Of a stretch of DNA of 39,202 bases, positions 9,130 through 19,220 are shown one piece after another. Position numbers and translations under genes: made by a program. Position 1 is the stretch's first letter. Each line of letters starts with the position of its first letter. Below the pieces are notes generated by a model, which was given only the letters and a program-made list of their open reading frames with translations, ran no database searches and was not told where the DNA came from. Source of the DNA: a candidate division WWE3 bacterium UBA1379 (GTDB lineage Bacteria > Patescibacteriota > WWE3 > UBA101185 > UBA10185). The stretch is taken from positions 1-39,202 of the forward strand of contig DBRB01000005.1 of the NCBI GenBank assembly GCA_002305475.1, read 5' to 3'.

Positions 9130-9411
9130 TTATTCCTTAAAGTTAATCACTTCGTTTAGTCTTTCAACTATTTCCTCGATTTCCTCATTACTCATCCCGT
9201 GAATCCTACATCCCGCTTCAATTGTATCAAAAGTACTGGCAAAACATCCGACACAGTGTAGACCATAATCCAATAGCACTTCGGCTGTATCAGGATATCG
9301 AAAGACCAACTCACCAAGATTGGTATCCTTCGTAACTACAAACTCACTTCCGCCGGCCGTATTTAATTTATCCTGTCTTACATTATCTTTGTTCATACTG
9401 ATCAATAGCAT
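9130..9411 (-). CDS. DUF1858-like small redox protein (hybrid-cluster-protein-associated disulfide domain family). ATG 9396 is the likelier start.
   Basis: 93 aa with ELVFRYPDTAEVLLDYGLHCVGCFAS...IEAGCRIHG, the pattern of the DUF1858/ScdA-N-like CxxC domain. It overlaps the sufU stop. Confidence 0.5.
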   Translation of the reverse strand: MLLISMNKDNVRQDKLNTAGGSEFVVTKDTNLGELVFRYPDTAEVLLDYGLHCVGCFASTFDTIEAGCRIHGMSNEEIEEIVERLNEVINFKE

Positions 9412-9769
9412 TTTTCAACGCATCCAAAACCAAAGTGGCACACTTTACCCTGCTGGTTGTCAGATTTAAATTCAACATCTCCAAAAGCTGTTCTTTAGTC
9501 ATGTTCTTTGCTTCTTCAATAGATTTTCCTTTTAAAGCATCCAGCAGATAGCTAGAAGAAATAACGGATACTGCACATGCAACACCGTCAAACTTAGCGT
9601 CTTCAATGACTCGGGGATTTGTATCGGAGAGTTTCAGCTGAAGAACAATTTCATCCCCGCACATCGGATTTTTCTGCATTATTTCAATGGACGGATCTGT
9701 AAGCCTTCCTCTGTTGGATGTATTCTTATAGACTTCCATTAATTCTTCTCTGTATAAAGTGTCGTCCAT
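9383..9769 (-). CDS. sufU: Fe-S cluster assembly scaffold, SufU/IscU-like
   Basis: 128 aa with NPMCGDEIVL and GVACAVSVIS motifs (scaffold cysteines), located inside the suf operon. Confidence 0.7.
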   Translation of the reverse strand: MDDTLYREELMEVYKNTSNRGRLTDPSIEIMQKNPMCGDEIVLQLKLSDTNPRVIEDAKFDGVACAVSVISSSYLLDALKGKSIEEAKNMTKEQLLEMLNLNLTTSRVKCATLVLDALKNAIDQYEQR

Positions 9770-9784
9770 TTTATAACTCCAAAA

Positions 9785-11050
9785 TTAATACTCTAAATTT
9801 TTTAATTTATTTTTTCCTAAAATTTTTATTGCTTTTTGAATTCCCTCTACCAAACGGTCAATATCATCCGTATTGTTGTAAATATAAAAGCTTGCTCTGG
9901 TTGAAGAGGATATATTTAATTTCTTATGCAACGGCATACAGCAGTGATGGCCAGATCTCACAGCTACACCAACGGTATCCAGCACCGCAGCCAGATCATG
10001 AGAATGGATTCCATCAACCGAAAATGCAATTAAACCTGTCCTCTCTTGAGCATCCGCAGGTCCTAGAATCTTCAAACCTTCAATAGTACTTAGTTTATTT
10101 AAAGCGTATGTATTCATAATAACTTCGTGCTCCCTGATATTTTTCATATCAAGATTACGCAGGTACTTTACTGCTCTTGATAAACCTATTGCACCGGCGA
10201 TATGCGGTGTACCTGCTTCCAGTTTTTCGGGTAGAACCGCCCATGTGGAATCATTCAAGGTAACAACATCTATCATTCCTCCTCCGTAAATAAACGGCTC
10301 CATACTTTCCAATAGATTTTTCCTTGCCCACAATACACCTATTCCGGTTGGACCCAGCATTTTGTGACCGGAAAACGCATAAAAATCACAATCCAGGCTT
10401 TGAACATTAACTGGGATATGAGGAACTGCCTGTGCTCCGTCAATACATACTAAAGCACCTACCGCATGAGCAGCTTTGGAAATTTCTTTCACCGGAAGAA
10501 TTGTTCCTAATACATTTGAAGCCTGTGAAAAACAAACAAGTTTCACTTTTCCTGATAGAGAAGATAATTTATCCTTGAATTTTTCTAGAATTATATTTCC
10601 GGTATCATCAGAACCTATTTCTATATATTCCAGTTTTGCTCCGGTCTGCTTTGCTACTATCTGCCAAGGAATAAGATTACTGTGATGTTCAATATCCGTT
10701 AAAAGGATACTATCTCCTTCCTGAAGATTAAATAAGGCCCAAGTGAAAGCTACACGATTGAGTGATTCTGTTGTTCCTGTGGTAAAGATCACTTCGGAAA
10801 GATCAGTAGCTCCGATAAAACCTGCCACAACTCTTCTTGCGTCCTCATACATTTCAGTAGCTTCTTCACTTAAAGTATGCAAACCTCTATGCACATTAGC
10901 ATTGTGGTTGGCATAATAATCCGCAATAGCTTCGATTACCTGCCTGGGTTTCTGGGATGTTGCAGCATTGTCTAAATAAACCAACGGGTGGTTTTTAGCT
11001 TCCCTTTTTAATATGGGACAATCTGATTTTATTAAATCGGTTTTTAACAT
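9785..11050 (-). CDS. sufS: Cysteine desulfurase SufS (PLP-dependent, class V aminotransferase fold)
   Basis: 421 aa. PLP lysine motif FSGHKMLGPTGIGVLW and active-site cysteine loop RSGHHCCMPL. Confidence 0.92.
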   Translation of the reverse strand: MLKTDLIKSDCPILKREAKNHPLVYLDNAATSQKPRQVIEAIADYYANHNANVHRGLHTLSEEATEMYEDARRVVAGFIGATDLSEVIFTTGTTESLNRVAFTWALFNLQEGDSILLTDIEHHSNLIPWQIVAKQTGAKLEYIEIGSDDTGNIILEKFKDKLSSLSGKVKLVCFSQASNVLGTILPVKEISKAAHAVGALVCIDGAQAVPHIPVNVQSLDCDFYAFSGHKMLGPTGIGVLWARKNLLESMEPFIYGGGMIDVVTLNDSTWAVLPEKLEAGTPHIAGAIGLSRAVKYLRNLDMKNIREHEVIMNTYALNKLSTIEGLKILGPADAQERTGLIAFSVDGIHSHDLAAVLDTVGVAVRSGHHCCMPLHKKLNISSSTRASFYIYNNTDDIDRLVEGIQKAIKILGKNKLKNLEY

Positions 11051-11631
11051 ATCTGTTTACGAACAATCTCTCGAATTTTATCATCTATAATTGTATTAAT
11101 TAACGAGCTGAAAAAGCCCTCAGTAATAAACCGTTCTGCTTCCTCGCGTATAAACCCTCTGCTCATCAGGTAATATACCTGATCACTTCTAATTCTTCCG
11201 GTGGTGGCACCGTGTGATGCTTTAACATCATTAGCATCTATCTGAAGAATGGGTGAAGAATTGTTTTTCACATTCTCACCAATAACTAAAACATCATCCT
11301 GCAAATAGGCATTTGTCTGCTGAGCTGACTTATCAATAATAATCTTACCCGTATAATCAAAGTACGAATTATCCATTAAGACTGTCATTATTTTTGTCAG
11401 ACAGCTGGTGTTGGGTACCTTATGAACGGAGGATGTCTCTATTTTAAGCTGTTCTTTTGCACCTACTTTATATAAACCTATAATCTCCGCTGATATTCCC
11501 TCTTTATCCAGTATTAATGTAAATGATCGTTCTATCTGGGAATCCTTTTTTTGACATACCAGTATATACTGAGTATCCTCCTCAGCATGCATCTCCAGGT
11601 GATTTTTCAGTTCCACTAAGACCGTGTTCAT
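11044..11631 (-). CDS. sufD: Fe-S assembly protein SufD, short form corresponding to the C-terminal half
   Basis: 195 aa with the SufB/SufD C-terminal signature [32 protein letters not shown]. Shares a 7-nt overlap with sufS. Confidence 0.75.
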   Translation of the reverse strand: MNTVLVELKNHLEMHAEEDTQYILVCQKKDSQIERSFTLILDKEGISAEIIGLYKVGAKEQLKIETSSVHKVPNTSCLTKIMTVLMDNSYFDYTGKIIIDKSAQQTNAYLQDDVLVIGENVKNNSSPILQIDANDVKASHGATTGRIRSDQVYYLMSRGFIREEAERFITEGFFSSLINTIIDDKIREIVRKQIC

Positions 11632-13001
11632 CCTACACTCCCTTCCATTTCCATCTCAATCAGACGGTTAAGTTCAACTGCATATTCCATGGGCAATTCC
11701 TTAATAATTGGTTCAATAAAACCGGATATAATCATACTCATGGACTGACTTTCTGATAAACCTCGACTCATAAGATAGAACAGTTTTTCTTCTCCGATTC
11801 TGCTTACTGTTGCTTCATGTTCAATATTTGCGGAACTTTCCTGGACCTTCATTACGGGAAATGTATCCGTTGCAGATCTATCATCAAGAATCAAAGCATC
11901 ACATTCAACCCGGCATTTGGCATTTTTTGCAGAAGGAGATACATGCACTAACCCTCTGTAACTGGTTCTACCCCCATCCGCACTAACTGATTTTGAAATG
12001 ATAGTTGAGCTGGTATTTGGAGCAAGGTGTAACATTTTTGCTCCGGCATCTTGGTGCTGTCCGGATTCTCCTGCATATGCAACGGATAGCATTTCTCCCC
12101 TTGCACCTTCCCCAACCAGATAACAACTCGGATATTTCATGGTTAATCTGGACCCCAGATTCCCGTCAACCCATTCCATAACTGCATTTTTTTCCACTCT
12201 GGCTCTTTTAGTTACAAGGTTGTAGACATCCTTTGACCAGTTCTGAATTGTTGTATATCTGAAACGCGCACCCTGTTTAACAATTACTTCAACCACTGCC
12301 GCATGCAAAGAATCGGAAGAATATACTGGAGCACTGCATCCTTCAACATATGAAGCAAAACTGTCCTCTTCGGCAATAATCAGAGTTCTTTCAAACTGTC
12401 CCATATTCATAGCATTGATTCTGAAATATGCCTGAAGGGGTCTTTTTACATGAACTCCTTTAGGAATATATACAAACGATCCTCCGCTCCATACGGCACT
12501 ATTTAAGGCAGAAAACTTATTATCATTGGCAGGAATAACTTTTCCGAAATATTCTCTTACCAACTCAGGATGCTTTTGAACAGCCTCATCGGTAGAACAG
12601 AAAATAATACCCTGTTCTTCCAGCTCCTGAAGAAGTGAAGAATAGGCAACCTCTGAATCAAACTGAGCTTTAACTCCTGCCAGATGTTCCCGTTCCGCTT
12701 GCGGAACACCTATGCGGTCAAAGGTCTCTTTTATTTCCGAAGGAACATCCTCCCACCGTTTTCCTTCTTTTTCCACCGGTTTAAGGTAGTAGTAAATATC
12801 ATCATAATTTATCTTGCTCAGATCACCGCCCCAGGTAGGCACAGGTTTTTCTAAGAAAGTTTTATAGGCATGAAGACGGAAATCAAGCATCCATTCCGGT
12901 TCCTTTTTTATTTCGGAAATCTGTCGGATTATTTCCTCACTCAGGCCTTTCTGAGTTTTAAACACTGCTTTTTCAGTTGTATGAAAACCATATTTATACA
13001 T
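11628..13001 (-). CDS. sufB: Fe-S cluster assembly protein SufB
   Basis: 457 aa. Full-length SufB-like, with [34 protein letters not shown], and the C-terminal [25 protein letters not shown]. Confidence 0.9.
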   Translation of the reverse strand: MYKYGFHTTEKAVFKTQKGLSEEIIRQISEIKKEPEWMLDFRLHAYKTFLEKPVPTWGGDLSKINYDDIYYYLKPVEKEGKRWEDVPSEIKETFDRIGVPQAEREHLAGVKAQFDSEVAYSSLLQELEEQGIIFCSTDEAVQKHPELVREYFGKVIPANDNKFSALNSAVWSGGSFVYIPKGVHVKRPLQAYFRINAMNMGQFERTLIIAEEDSFASYVEGCSAPVYSSDSLHAAVVEVIVKQGARFRYTTIQNWSKDVYNLVTKRARVEKNAVMEWVDGNLGSRLTMKYPSCYLVGEGARGEMLSVAYAGESGQHQDAGAKMLHLAPNTSSTIISKSVSADGGRTSYRGLVHVSPSAKNAKCRVECDALILDDRSATDTFPVMKVQESSANIEHEATVSRIGEEKLFYLMSRGLSESQSMSMIISGFIEPIIKELPMEYAVELNRLIEMEMEGSVG

Positions 13002-13052
13002 AAATATGCCTGACGTTGATTAAGTAACTACATGTATTAAAAACAAATGTTA

Positions 13053-13796
13053 TTATTCTCCGAAGGGTGCGTATCCTTTTTCTTCAAGCTCCTCTGCTAA
13101 ATCCTTACCTCCAGACTTTACCAGTACACCATCCTGTAATATATGTACAAAATCTGGCTCAATGTGTTTTAAAATCCTTGTGTAATGTGTGATTATCAAA
13201 ACCGCCATATTATTCTTCTCATGGAGATGGTTTACTGCTTTTGCCACATGTTTTAAGGCATCAATATCCAAACCACTGTCAACTTCATCCAGAACGGCAA
13301 GTTTTGGTTCCGCAACCAACATCTGAAGCATTTCCATTCTTTTCTTTTCACCACCAGAAAAGCCTTCATTTACATAGCGATGCATAAAGTCCTCTTTCAT
13401 ATCCAAAAGTTCCATTTTGTCTACCAGTATTTTTCTGAATGCAGCAGGGGTTAACTTCTCATGGTGAGAAATGTTGTATACCATTCTTAAAAAGTTTGCT
13501 ACACCCACCCCATCAATCTCACTGGGATACTGAAAAGAAAGAAATATTCCTTTTTTTGCTCTTTCATCAGGAGACAATTGAGTAATATCAGCACCATCAA
13601 AAATGAAGGTACCGGAGTCTATAATGTAATTAGGATGACCCATCATGGCTTGTGCTAATGTACTCTTACCGGAGCCATTCGGACCCATCAAAACATGGAT
13701 TTCTCCCGGTTTGATTTCCAAACTCAGCCCTTTGATAATCTGCTTATTAGTCTGTTCTTCTGCAATACTAACCTTGATATCGTTAATGACCAGCAT
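13053..13796 (-). CDS. sufC: Fe-S assembly ATPase SufC (ABC-type)
   Basis: 247 aa. Walker A GPNGSGKST, ABC signature FSGGEKKR, Walker B LAVLDEVDSGLD, and an H-loop. Confidence 0.92.
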   Translation of the reverse strand: MLVINDIKVSIAEEQTNKQIIKGLSLEIKPGEIHVLMGPNGSGKSTLAQAMMGHPNYIIDSGTFIFDGADITQLSPDERAKKGIFLSFQYPSEIDGVGVANFLRMVYNISHHEKLTPAAFRKILVDKMELLDMKEDFMHRYVNEGFSGGEKKRMEMLQMLVAEPKLAVLDEVDSGLDIDALKHVAKAVNHLHEKNNMAVLIITHYTRILKHIEPDFVHILQDGVLVKSGGKDLAEELEEKGYAPFGE

Positions 13797-14103
13797 TCCT
13801 TACTCCCGTAAACTTTACAGCATCCAACACACAATCCGTATTTCCGCATTCGTGTGAAACTTTATACAAAACTTCTTTACCAGATCTTCTGCTTTCCAGA
13901 AGACCTAATTCACGCATTTCTTTAAGATGATACGAAACCGTAGGCTGAGTAAGTCCGACCAGTTTGACCAACTCAGAAACGGTTTTTTCTCCGTTATCTC
14001 TTAAATAAACATATATCTGGATACGGGCGTCTATTCCTAGTGATTTAAAACAACCCGTGCATTTAATTTTATTGGTTTTTTTATTTTGTTCATGATTTTT
14101 CAT
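13783..14103 (-). CDS. ArsR/SmtB-family HTH transcriptional regulator, a candidate suf operon regulator
   Basis: 106 aa with the winged-HTH core (TVSELVKLVGLTQPTVSYHLKEMRELGLLESRR) and five Cys (KCTGC near the N-terminus, HECGNTDC near the C-terminus). Its stop overlaps the sufC start. Confidence 0.75.
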   Translation of the reverse strand: MKNHEQNKKTNKIKCTGCFKSLGIDARIQIYVYLRDNGEKTVSELVKLVGLTQPTVSYHLKEMRELGLLESRRSGKEVLYKVSHECGNTDCVLDAVKFTGVRNAGH

Positions 14104-14301
14104 GCATAGATATTATTCGATATATCGGGTGTTTGTCAAATCGGGTTTTTATTATTCTGACGCTATATGAGATATATTTGTTAAGGAATATATCAATATT
14201 CTCGGATTTTCAATTAATGTACTAGTTTTCTTTTCAATGATGTTCATATATAATCAGGATCAGCATTTACTCACCGACTGCAATAATTCACTATCATATC
14301 T

Positions 14302-14390
14302 GGAGGGTTGGCAGAGCGGTAATGCAGCGGCTTGCTAAGCCGTGACGGGCTTAAATCCGTCCACAGGTTCGAATCCTGTACCCTCCGCCA
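14302..14390 (+). tRNA. tRNA-Ser (anticodon GCU), long variable arm, encoded CCA
   Basis: GGAGGGTTGGCAGAGCGGTAATGCAGCGGCTTGCTAAGCCGTGACGGGCTTAAATCCGTCCACAGGTTCGAATCCTGTACCCTCCGCCA. Acceptor GGAGGGT/ACCCTCC, anticodon stem GCGGC/GCCGT with loop TTGCTAA, type-II variable arm. Confidence 0.85.
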
Positions 14391-14411
14391 AAAAAAAGCT
14401 ATAATTTAACT

Positions 14412-14993
14412 ATGAAATTGTCTACTTTCGCAAAATATATAGGTGTACCGGTTCCACAACCTTCACAGGAAACTCCAAAGATTGAAATAAATCCTGAAAA
14501 TCTCGGTCCAAAAGAAGTGTTTCTGGCGTGGGAAACATTAGGACGACCTACCAAGAAAATGAGAAACACCAGAATGACCAGAACATTAACGGTAATTGGT
14601 ATTGTCATCGCACTGCTATTGGCTATCATGGGTGAATTTTTCCTGATTCTTGTAATCGGAAGTTTGATTTTTGTAAGCTATGTTCTGTCTAATACTCCTC
14701 CGGAAATCTCCAAGTTTGAAATTTCATCTCATGGAGTAATGTTTGATGAACAAATGTATTACTGGATACAGCTAAAGCAGTTTTTCTATACTAATTTCGG
14801 AGACAGCGAAATATTGGCAATAGATACAAAAGAAGCCTTACCGGGCAGGATATTCATTTCTTTTAAACAGGAAGACAAACAGAAACTTCATGAAGTTATT
14901 TCCAGATATCTGCCGTTTTTAAAACAAGAACCGAAGTCAGCTTTCGATAAGATGTATGAGTCGGTATTAGATAAATTCAATACTGAAGGTTAA
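14412..14993 (+). CDS. Hypothetical membrane protein (two TM helices)
   Basis: 193 aa with a hydrophobic pair near residues 60-100. No family recognised. Confidence 0.5.
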   Translation: MKLSTFAKYIGVPVPQPSQETPKIEINPENLGPKEVFLAWETLGRPTKKMRNTRMTRTLTVIGIVIALLLAIMGEFFLILVIGSLIFVSYVLSNTPPEISKFEISSHGVMFDEQMYYWIQLKQFFYTNFGDSEILAIDTKEALPGRIFISFKQEDKQKLHEVISRYLPFLKQEPKSAFDKMYESVLDKFNTEG

Positions 14994-15064
14994 CCTCAAT
15001 CCATCCCTTATTTTCCATCGCAAAAATGAATTTTAATAGTATAATAGCGGGGTAATTCCCTTTT

Positions 15065-15140
15065 GTGCCCGTAGTTCAGAGGATAGAACGCAAGGTTGCG
15101 GACCTTGAAGTCGGGGGTTCGAGTCCCTCCGGGCACGCCA
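15065..15140 (+). tRNA. tRNA-Arg (anticodon GCG) with encoded CCA
   Basis: GTGCCCGTAGTTCAGAGGATAGAACGCAAGGTTGCGGACCTTGAAGTCGGGGGTTCGAGTCCCTCCGGGCACGCCA. Acceptor GTGCCCG/CGGGCAC, anticodon stem CAAGG/CCTTG, loop TTGCGGA. Confidence 0.8.
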
Positions 15141-15264
15141 TAATATGTTAGGTAGATCTTTCTTTATAAATAGCCTATAATCACTCAATAACACATAAGT
15201 AAAAGCTTTCTCAAATCTTTAAGAAATGTCTGAAGTAGAGATCCTAAGATAAGGAGTTAAGATT

Positions 15265-15594
15265 ATGGTATATCCCAAAGTAAGTGAACTTGTCTCAAGA
15301 ATTAGCAACACCAGTAAGTATTGCACAGACGTACTGGCTCTGGCGCAAACACTACGGAAGTTCCGCGAAAGTCACACTTTTCTACGCAGAGAAGTTGTCG
15401 AGCAACTTAAATACGGGGGTCTTGATTTTCATGTACAACTTGCCTTATATATCGCACTCGAATCTGCATCTGAAGGGAATGTTCCGTTTGATTTTAAAAC
15501 AGCAGCAGATGCTGCAGGAATTACCGAAGGAGAACTTCTGCTGTTTCTTTCGGTTTTGGAAGATTTTTGTATCAATTATGGTAAGGGAATATAA
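15265..15594 (+). CDS. Hypothetical protein (109 aa)
   Basis: AAGGAG Shine-Dalgarno 9 nt upstream of the ATG, and an intrinsic terminator just downstream of its stop. The overlapping 15284..15664 ORF is in another frame and spans the terminator, so I reject that one. Confidence 0.5.
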   Translation: MVYPKVSELVSRISNTSKYCTDVLALAQTLRKFRESHTFLRREVVEQLKYGGLDFHVQLALYIALESASEGNVPFDFKTAADAAGITEGELLLFLSVLEDFCINYGKGI

Positions 15595-15668
15595 AGAACA
15601 CTTTCACGCCACTGCAAGAGAATATGTATCTTCAGTGGCGTTACTTTTTCACGTTAACCTTTAAACCA

Positions 15669-15694
15669 AAAGAACCGGGTTTCCCCGGCTCTTT
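15669..15694 (-). terminator. Rho-independent terminator for the RRM gene (stem AAGAGCCGGG/CCCGGTTCTT in the minus-strand RNA, GAAA loop, U-run); weaker in the plus sense
   Basis: Inverted repeat 15669-15679/15684-15694, followed in the minus-strand RNA by UUUUGGUUU. Confidence 0.55.
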
Positions 15695-15718
15695 ATCGTA
15701 CTAATTTTCTTTTAAAAA

Positions 15719-16024
15719 TTAGTATCTGTTTCCGCGATTAAAACCGCCTCCACCTCTGAAGTCTCGTCTGGGACGTTCTTCCATCGGTCTGGCAACAGAT
15801 ACGACTAATTTTCTACCGTCAACTTCTTTACCATTCATCTCGGATATTGCAGATTGAGCTGCTGAATCATCTTCGAATTCCACAAAACCAAAACCCTTGC
15901 TTCGTCCGCTATCTCTGTCGGAAATAATAGTTGCAGAAGCAACGTTTCCATAAGGAGCGAATAAATCAGTTAAACTGCCTTGGTTTACAGAATAAGGAAG
16001 ATTACCTACATATAACTTGGTCAA
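15719..16024 (-). CDS. RRM-type RNA-binding protein with glycine/arginine-rich tail
   Basis: 101 aa. RNP-2 LYVGNL and RNP-1 KGFGFVEF motifs; C-terminal RRDFRGGGGFNRGNRY. Confidence 0.85.
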   Translation of the reverse strand: MTKLYVGNLPYSVNQGSLTDLFAPYGNVASATIISDRDSGRSKGFGFVEFEDDSAAQSAISEMNGKEVDGRKLVVSVARPMEERPRRDFRGGGGFNRGNRY

Positions 16025-16311
16025 TTAAATCACCGCCCTTCAATTTAAAGCGTTCTTTATGCACATTCTATTGATGCTGGCTGCATCATGGCTTTTACGC
16101 CGTAAAACATATATTAGGCTCTAAGACCGGGAAATACTTATGAGGATACTCGCAATACTTCTGACATCTACAGAGTTATGGGCATTGTAGCATGTAGATT
16201 GAAATTAGTCTATGTAATCAACCAAACTATAACAAATGCTAAATATGTCATACTCTAAATATCCGCTCCGACATCTACAAAAACATTGCTATATATGTTA
16301 ATCTTCCCTAT

Positions 16312-18579
16312 ATGACGGCAAAACGAACCCAAATGGAACCTAAATTTGAACATCAAAAAGTAGAACAAACAATCACCCAAAAATGGGAGAAAGCTGATGC
16401 GTTTAAAACCGTCAGAGATCCAAATAAAAAGCCGTATACCATTCTCCTCCCCCCTCCTAACGCTTCAGGAAAAATGCATACAGGTAACGTTTTGATGATA
16501 GCCATAGAAGATCTCTTAATTCGCTGGAAGCGGATGCAGGGATATTCCGCTCTTTGGGTTCCCGGTACCGATCATGCCGGTTTTGAGACACAGGTTACAT
16601 ATGAAAGAGAATTATCAAAACAGGGTAAAAGCCGATTGGATTTTGACAGAAACACTCTCTATGATTCTATCTGGAAGTTTGTGCAGGACAACAAAGGATT
16701 AATTGAAGAGCAGATTAAGCAAATGGGAGCCAGTGTGGACTGGAGCCGATATACATTTACTCTTGATCCAAAAGCCCTGGAGGTAGTTCATAACACTTTT
16801 GAAAAAATGGTTAATGAAGGGTTAATTTATCGGGATGATTATGTAGTAAATTACTGTCCCGCTTTGGGAACAACATTTGCCGATCTGGAAGTAAACTTTG
16901 TGGAAAGAAAAGATCCCCTCTACTACATCAAATACGGACCATTAACTGTAGCGACCGTCCGTCCCGAAACAAAACTGGGAGACACAGCCTTAGCAGTAAA
17001 CCCTAGTGATCCCAGGTATCAGCAATATATAGGAAAGGAAATTGAATTTGAAGATGTAATGGGAAAAAACAAACTACCCGTAATTGCTGACAGCTATGTG
17101 GACATGGAATTCGGAACAGGAATATTAAAGGTAACACCCGCTCACGATAAAAATGATTATGAAATCGGAATCAGACACAATTTGGAAATAAAAAGCGTAA
17201 TCGGTCTAAACGGAAGAATGGCAGAAAATACCAGGAAATATGCCGGAATGAAAGTAAAACAAGCCAGAGAGGAAATAGTAAAAGATCTGCAAAATTTAGG
17301 ACTGATAGAAAAAATTGACTATGAGTACGTTCACCTAGTACCGGTAAGCTACAAGGGAGAAAAGGAAATTGAACCATTGGTTCTGCCTAACTGGTTCGTG
17401 AAAGTAGATTCATTGAAAAAACCAGCTCTGGATGCGGTATTAAATGGAGATGTAAAGATATTTCCGAAATGGCGGGAAATCACCTATGTCAGATGGATGG
17501 AAGAAATGCGGGATTGGCCTATATCCCGTCAGGTAGTATGGGGTATCAGAATACCAGCCTGGTATAACGTACAGGAAAATCCGGAAATTACGGTTACATT
17601 CTTAAATAAACAGGGCAAAGTAGAAACCGGATTAATCTCTGACCTGTTAAAAAATTACTCATTTGAGGAAATTGAATCAGGATTACAAAATCTCGTAGCC
17701 CCCAAAAATGCCAAATTTATTGTCAGTAAAAACAAACCTAACGGACAGTATTTACAGGAAACCGATACCTTCGATACCTGGTTTTCCAGCGGACAATGGC
17801 CTTTAACCACACTCGGATATCCAGAAAGCGAAGATTTTAAATACTTTTATCCGACTGATGTATTGGAAACAGGATGGGAAATTATCCGTCTATGGGTATC
17901 AAGAATGATTATGTTTGGGATTTATATGACCGGGCAACCACCCTTTAAAAACGTATATTTGCACGGGATGGTAAGAGCTTTAGACGGTAGAAAGATGAGT
18001 AAAAGTCTGGGAAATATCATTAATCCCGATGAATACATGGAAAAATACGGGGTGGATGCATTAAGAATGGGATTAATCAGCGGAACCGCTAACGGAAAAG
18101 ACTTTGCATTTCCTAAAGATAAAGTAATCGGTTACAGAAACTTCACCAACAAAATCTGGAACATGGCCAGATTTATGTTAATGATGATGGATAAATATGA
18201 GGAGGAAAACAATAGTACTGCAATACCAGAATACGAAAAATTAAATAAGAACGATTTAACGGATGAGGACAGAACAATGATTAATGGATTAAATGAATTA
18301 ATCCGTTCGGTAGATAACAGTCTGGAAATATTCAGATTTGCCGATGCAGCTGATGCTATATATCATTATATGTGGGATGAACTGGCTGCAAAATGTATTG
18401 AAAGTGTAAAGGTCAGAGAAGATAAAAGAATTGCTCTAAGTGTTTTAAGACATATCTTCAAAGAATGTTTAAAACTTTTGCATCCTTTTATGCCCTTTGT
18501 AACGGAAGCTGTCTGGGAAAAAGTATCCGAACAAGACAACTCACTTCTAGCATTAACCAGTTGGCCAAAAGAAGAATAA
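16312..18579 (+). CDS. valS: Valyl-tRNA synthetase (class I), short form without the C-terminal coiled-coil extension
   Basis: 755 aa. HIGH region PPPNASGKMHTGNV; ValRS-typical WVPGTDHAGFETQ; ISRQVVWGIRIP; KMSKSLGN. Confidence 0.8.
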   Translation: MTAKRTQMEPKFEHQKVEQTITQKWEKADAFKTVRDPNKKPYTILLPPPNASGKMHTGNVLMIAIEDLLIRWKRMQGYSALWVPGTDHAGFETQVTYERELSKQGKSRLDFDRNTLYDSIWKFVQDNKGLIEEQIKQMGASVDWSRYTFTLDPKALEVVHNTFEKMVNEGLIYRDDYVVNYCPALGTTFADLEVNFVERKDPLYYIKYGPLTVATVRPETKLGDTALAVNPSDPRYQQYIGKEIEFEDVMGKNKLPVIADSYVDMEFGTGILKVTPAHDKNDYEIGIRHNLEIKSVIGLNGRMAENTRKYAGMKVKQAREEIVKDLQNLGLIEKIDYEYVHLVPVSYKGEKEIEPLVLPNWFVKVDSLKKPALDAVLNGDVKIFPKWREITYVRWMEEMRDWPISRQVVWGIRIPAWYNVQENPEITVTFLNKQGKVETGLISDLLKNYSFEEIESGLQNLVAPKNAKFIVSKNKPNGQYLQETDTFDTWFSSGQWPLTTLGYPESEDFKYFYPTDVLETGWEIIRLWVSRMIMFGIYMTGQPPFKNVYLHGMVRALDGRKMSKSLGNIINPDEYMEKYGVDALRMGLISGTANGKDFAFPKDKVIGYRNFTNKIWNMARFMLMMMDKYEEENNSTAIPEYEKLNKNDLTDEDRTMINGLNELIRSVDNSLEIFRFADAADAIYHYMWDELAAKCIESVKVREDKRIALSVLRHIFKECLKLLHPFMPFVTEAVWEKVSEQDNSLLALTSWPKEE

Positions 18580-18584
18580 AAAAA

Positions 18585-18614
18585 CCCGCCTTGCACTTAT
18601 TAGTACCCGGCGGG
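18585..18614. terminator. Bidirectional intrinsic terminator between convergent valS and the 18660..19217 gene
   Basis: Inverted repeat CCCGCC(18585-18590)...GGCGGG(18609-18614). The minus-strand RNA hairpin is followed by U7 (plus-strand A7 at 18578-18584). Confidence 0.5.
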
Positions 18615-18659
18615 ATTAAAAACTATTGTCCCCCTGATTAATATTTGATTGTTCAAATT

Positions 18660-19217
18660 CTAGCTAAAGGCCAGCATCCATATTCCCAGTAATGCCAAAG
18701 TATAACTGGAAATAGGATAGAAAGTGTCTTTACCAAGATCCGGCTGATCTTTAACCAGGTAAATACCAAGCTGAAGAACTATACACACTCCAACCACCCA
18801 CGAGGGAACTGAGGTTCCGAAAACAAGAGGAAAAGCAAAGACCAACAAATTCCCTGCAATAAGCAGTATTAGTGAAAATAATCCATGGTTTCCGATGTAA
18901 CGTACCGATGTCAACTGGCTGATATGGTATTCAGTATCCTGAACCACAAAACCACACCAGAAAAACACACCCGCAATGTAAATTAATACGGAGATCACAT
19001 TCCCCCATGTATCGGGATGCCATTTAGCAAACCCCATGGTAACCAGAGGTGGTAACTGAACTACATAAGTGAGGATCAAGCAAAGCAAAACCACCAGCAG
19101 ACCAAACTTGATATGCAGGAGGTCTTTAAAAAAAGCTACAAAATGCTTAACCATCACTTCCGCCTGAAGGTTAATGAAATCTCTTTCTTTAGGTACATAT
19201 GAAGAATGTCTTTCCAT
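18660..19217 (-). CDS. Hypothetical polytopic membrane protein
   Basis: 185 aa with 4-5 predicted TM helices, immediately downstream of the SPFH gene. Confidence 0.5.
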   Translation of the reverse strand: MERHSSYVPKERDFINLQAEVMVKHFVAFFKDLLHIKFGLLVVLLCLILTYVVQLPPLVTMGFAKWHPDTWGNVISVLIYIAGVFFWCGFVVQDTEYHISQLTSVRYIGNHGLFSLILLIAGNLLVFAFPLVFGTSVPSWVVGVCIVLQLGIYLVKDQPDLGKDTFYPISSYTLALLGIWMLAFS

Positions 19218-19220
19218 TTC

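Noticed and set aside
15284-15664. 126-aa ORF overlapping the 15265-15594 ORF
   Set aside because: It is in a different frame, lacks an SD, and runs through the intrinsic terminator hairpin at 15606-15650. The 109-aa frame has an AAGGAG RBS.
16025-16311. T-box leader upstream of valS
   Set aside because: No T-box consensus or specifier/antiterminator arrangement is recognisable. The region more likely holds divergent promoters for valS and the RRM gene.
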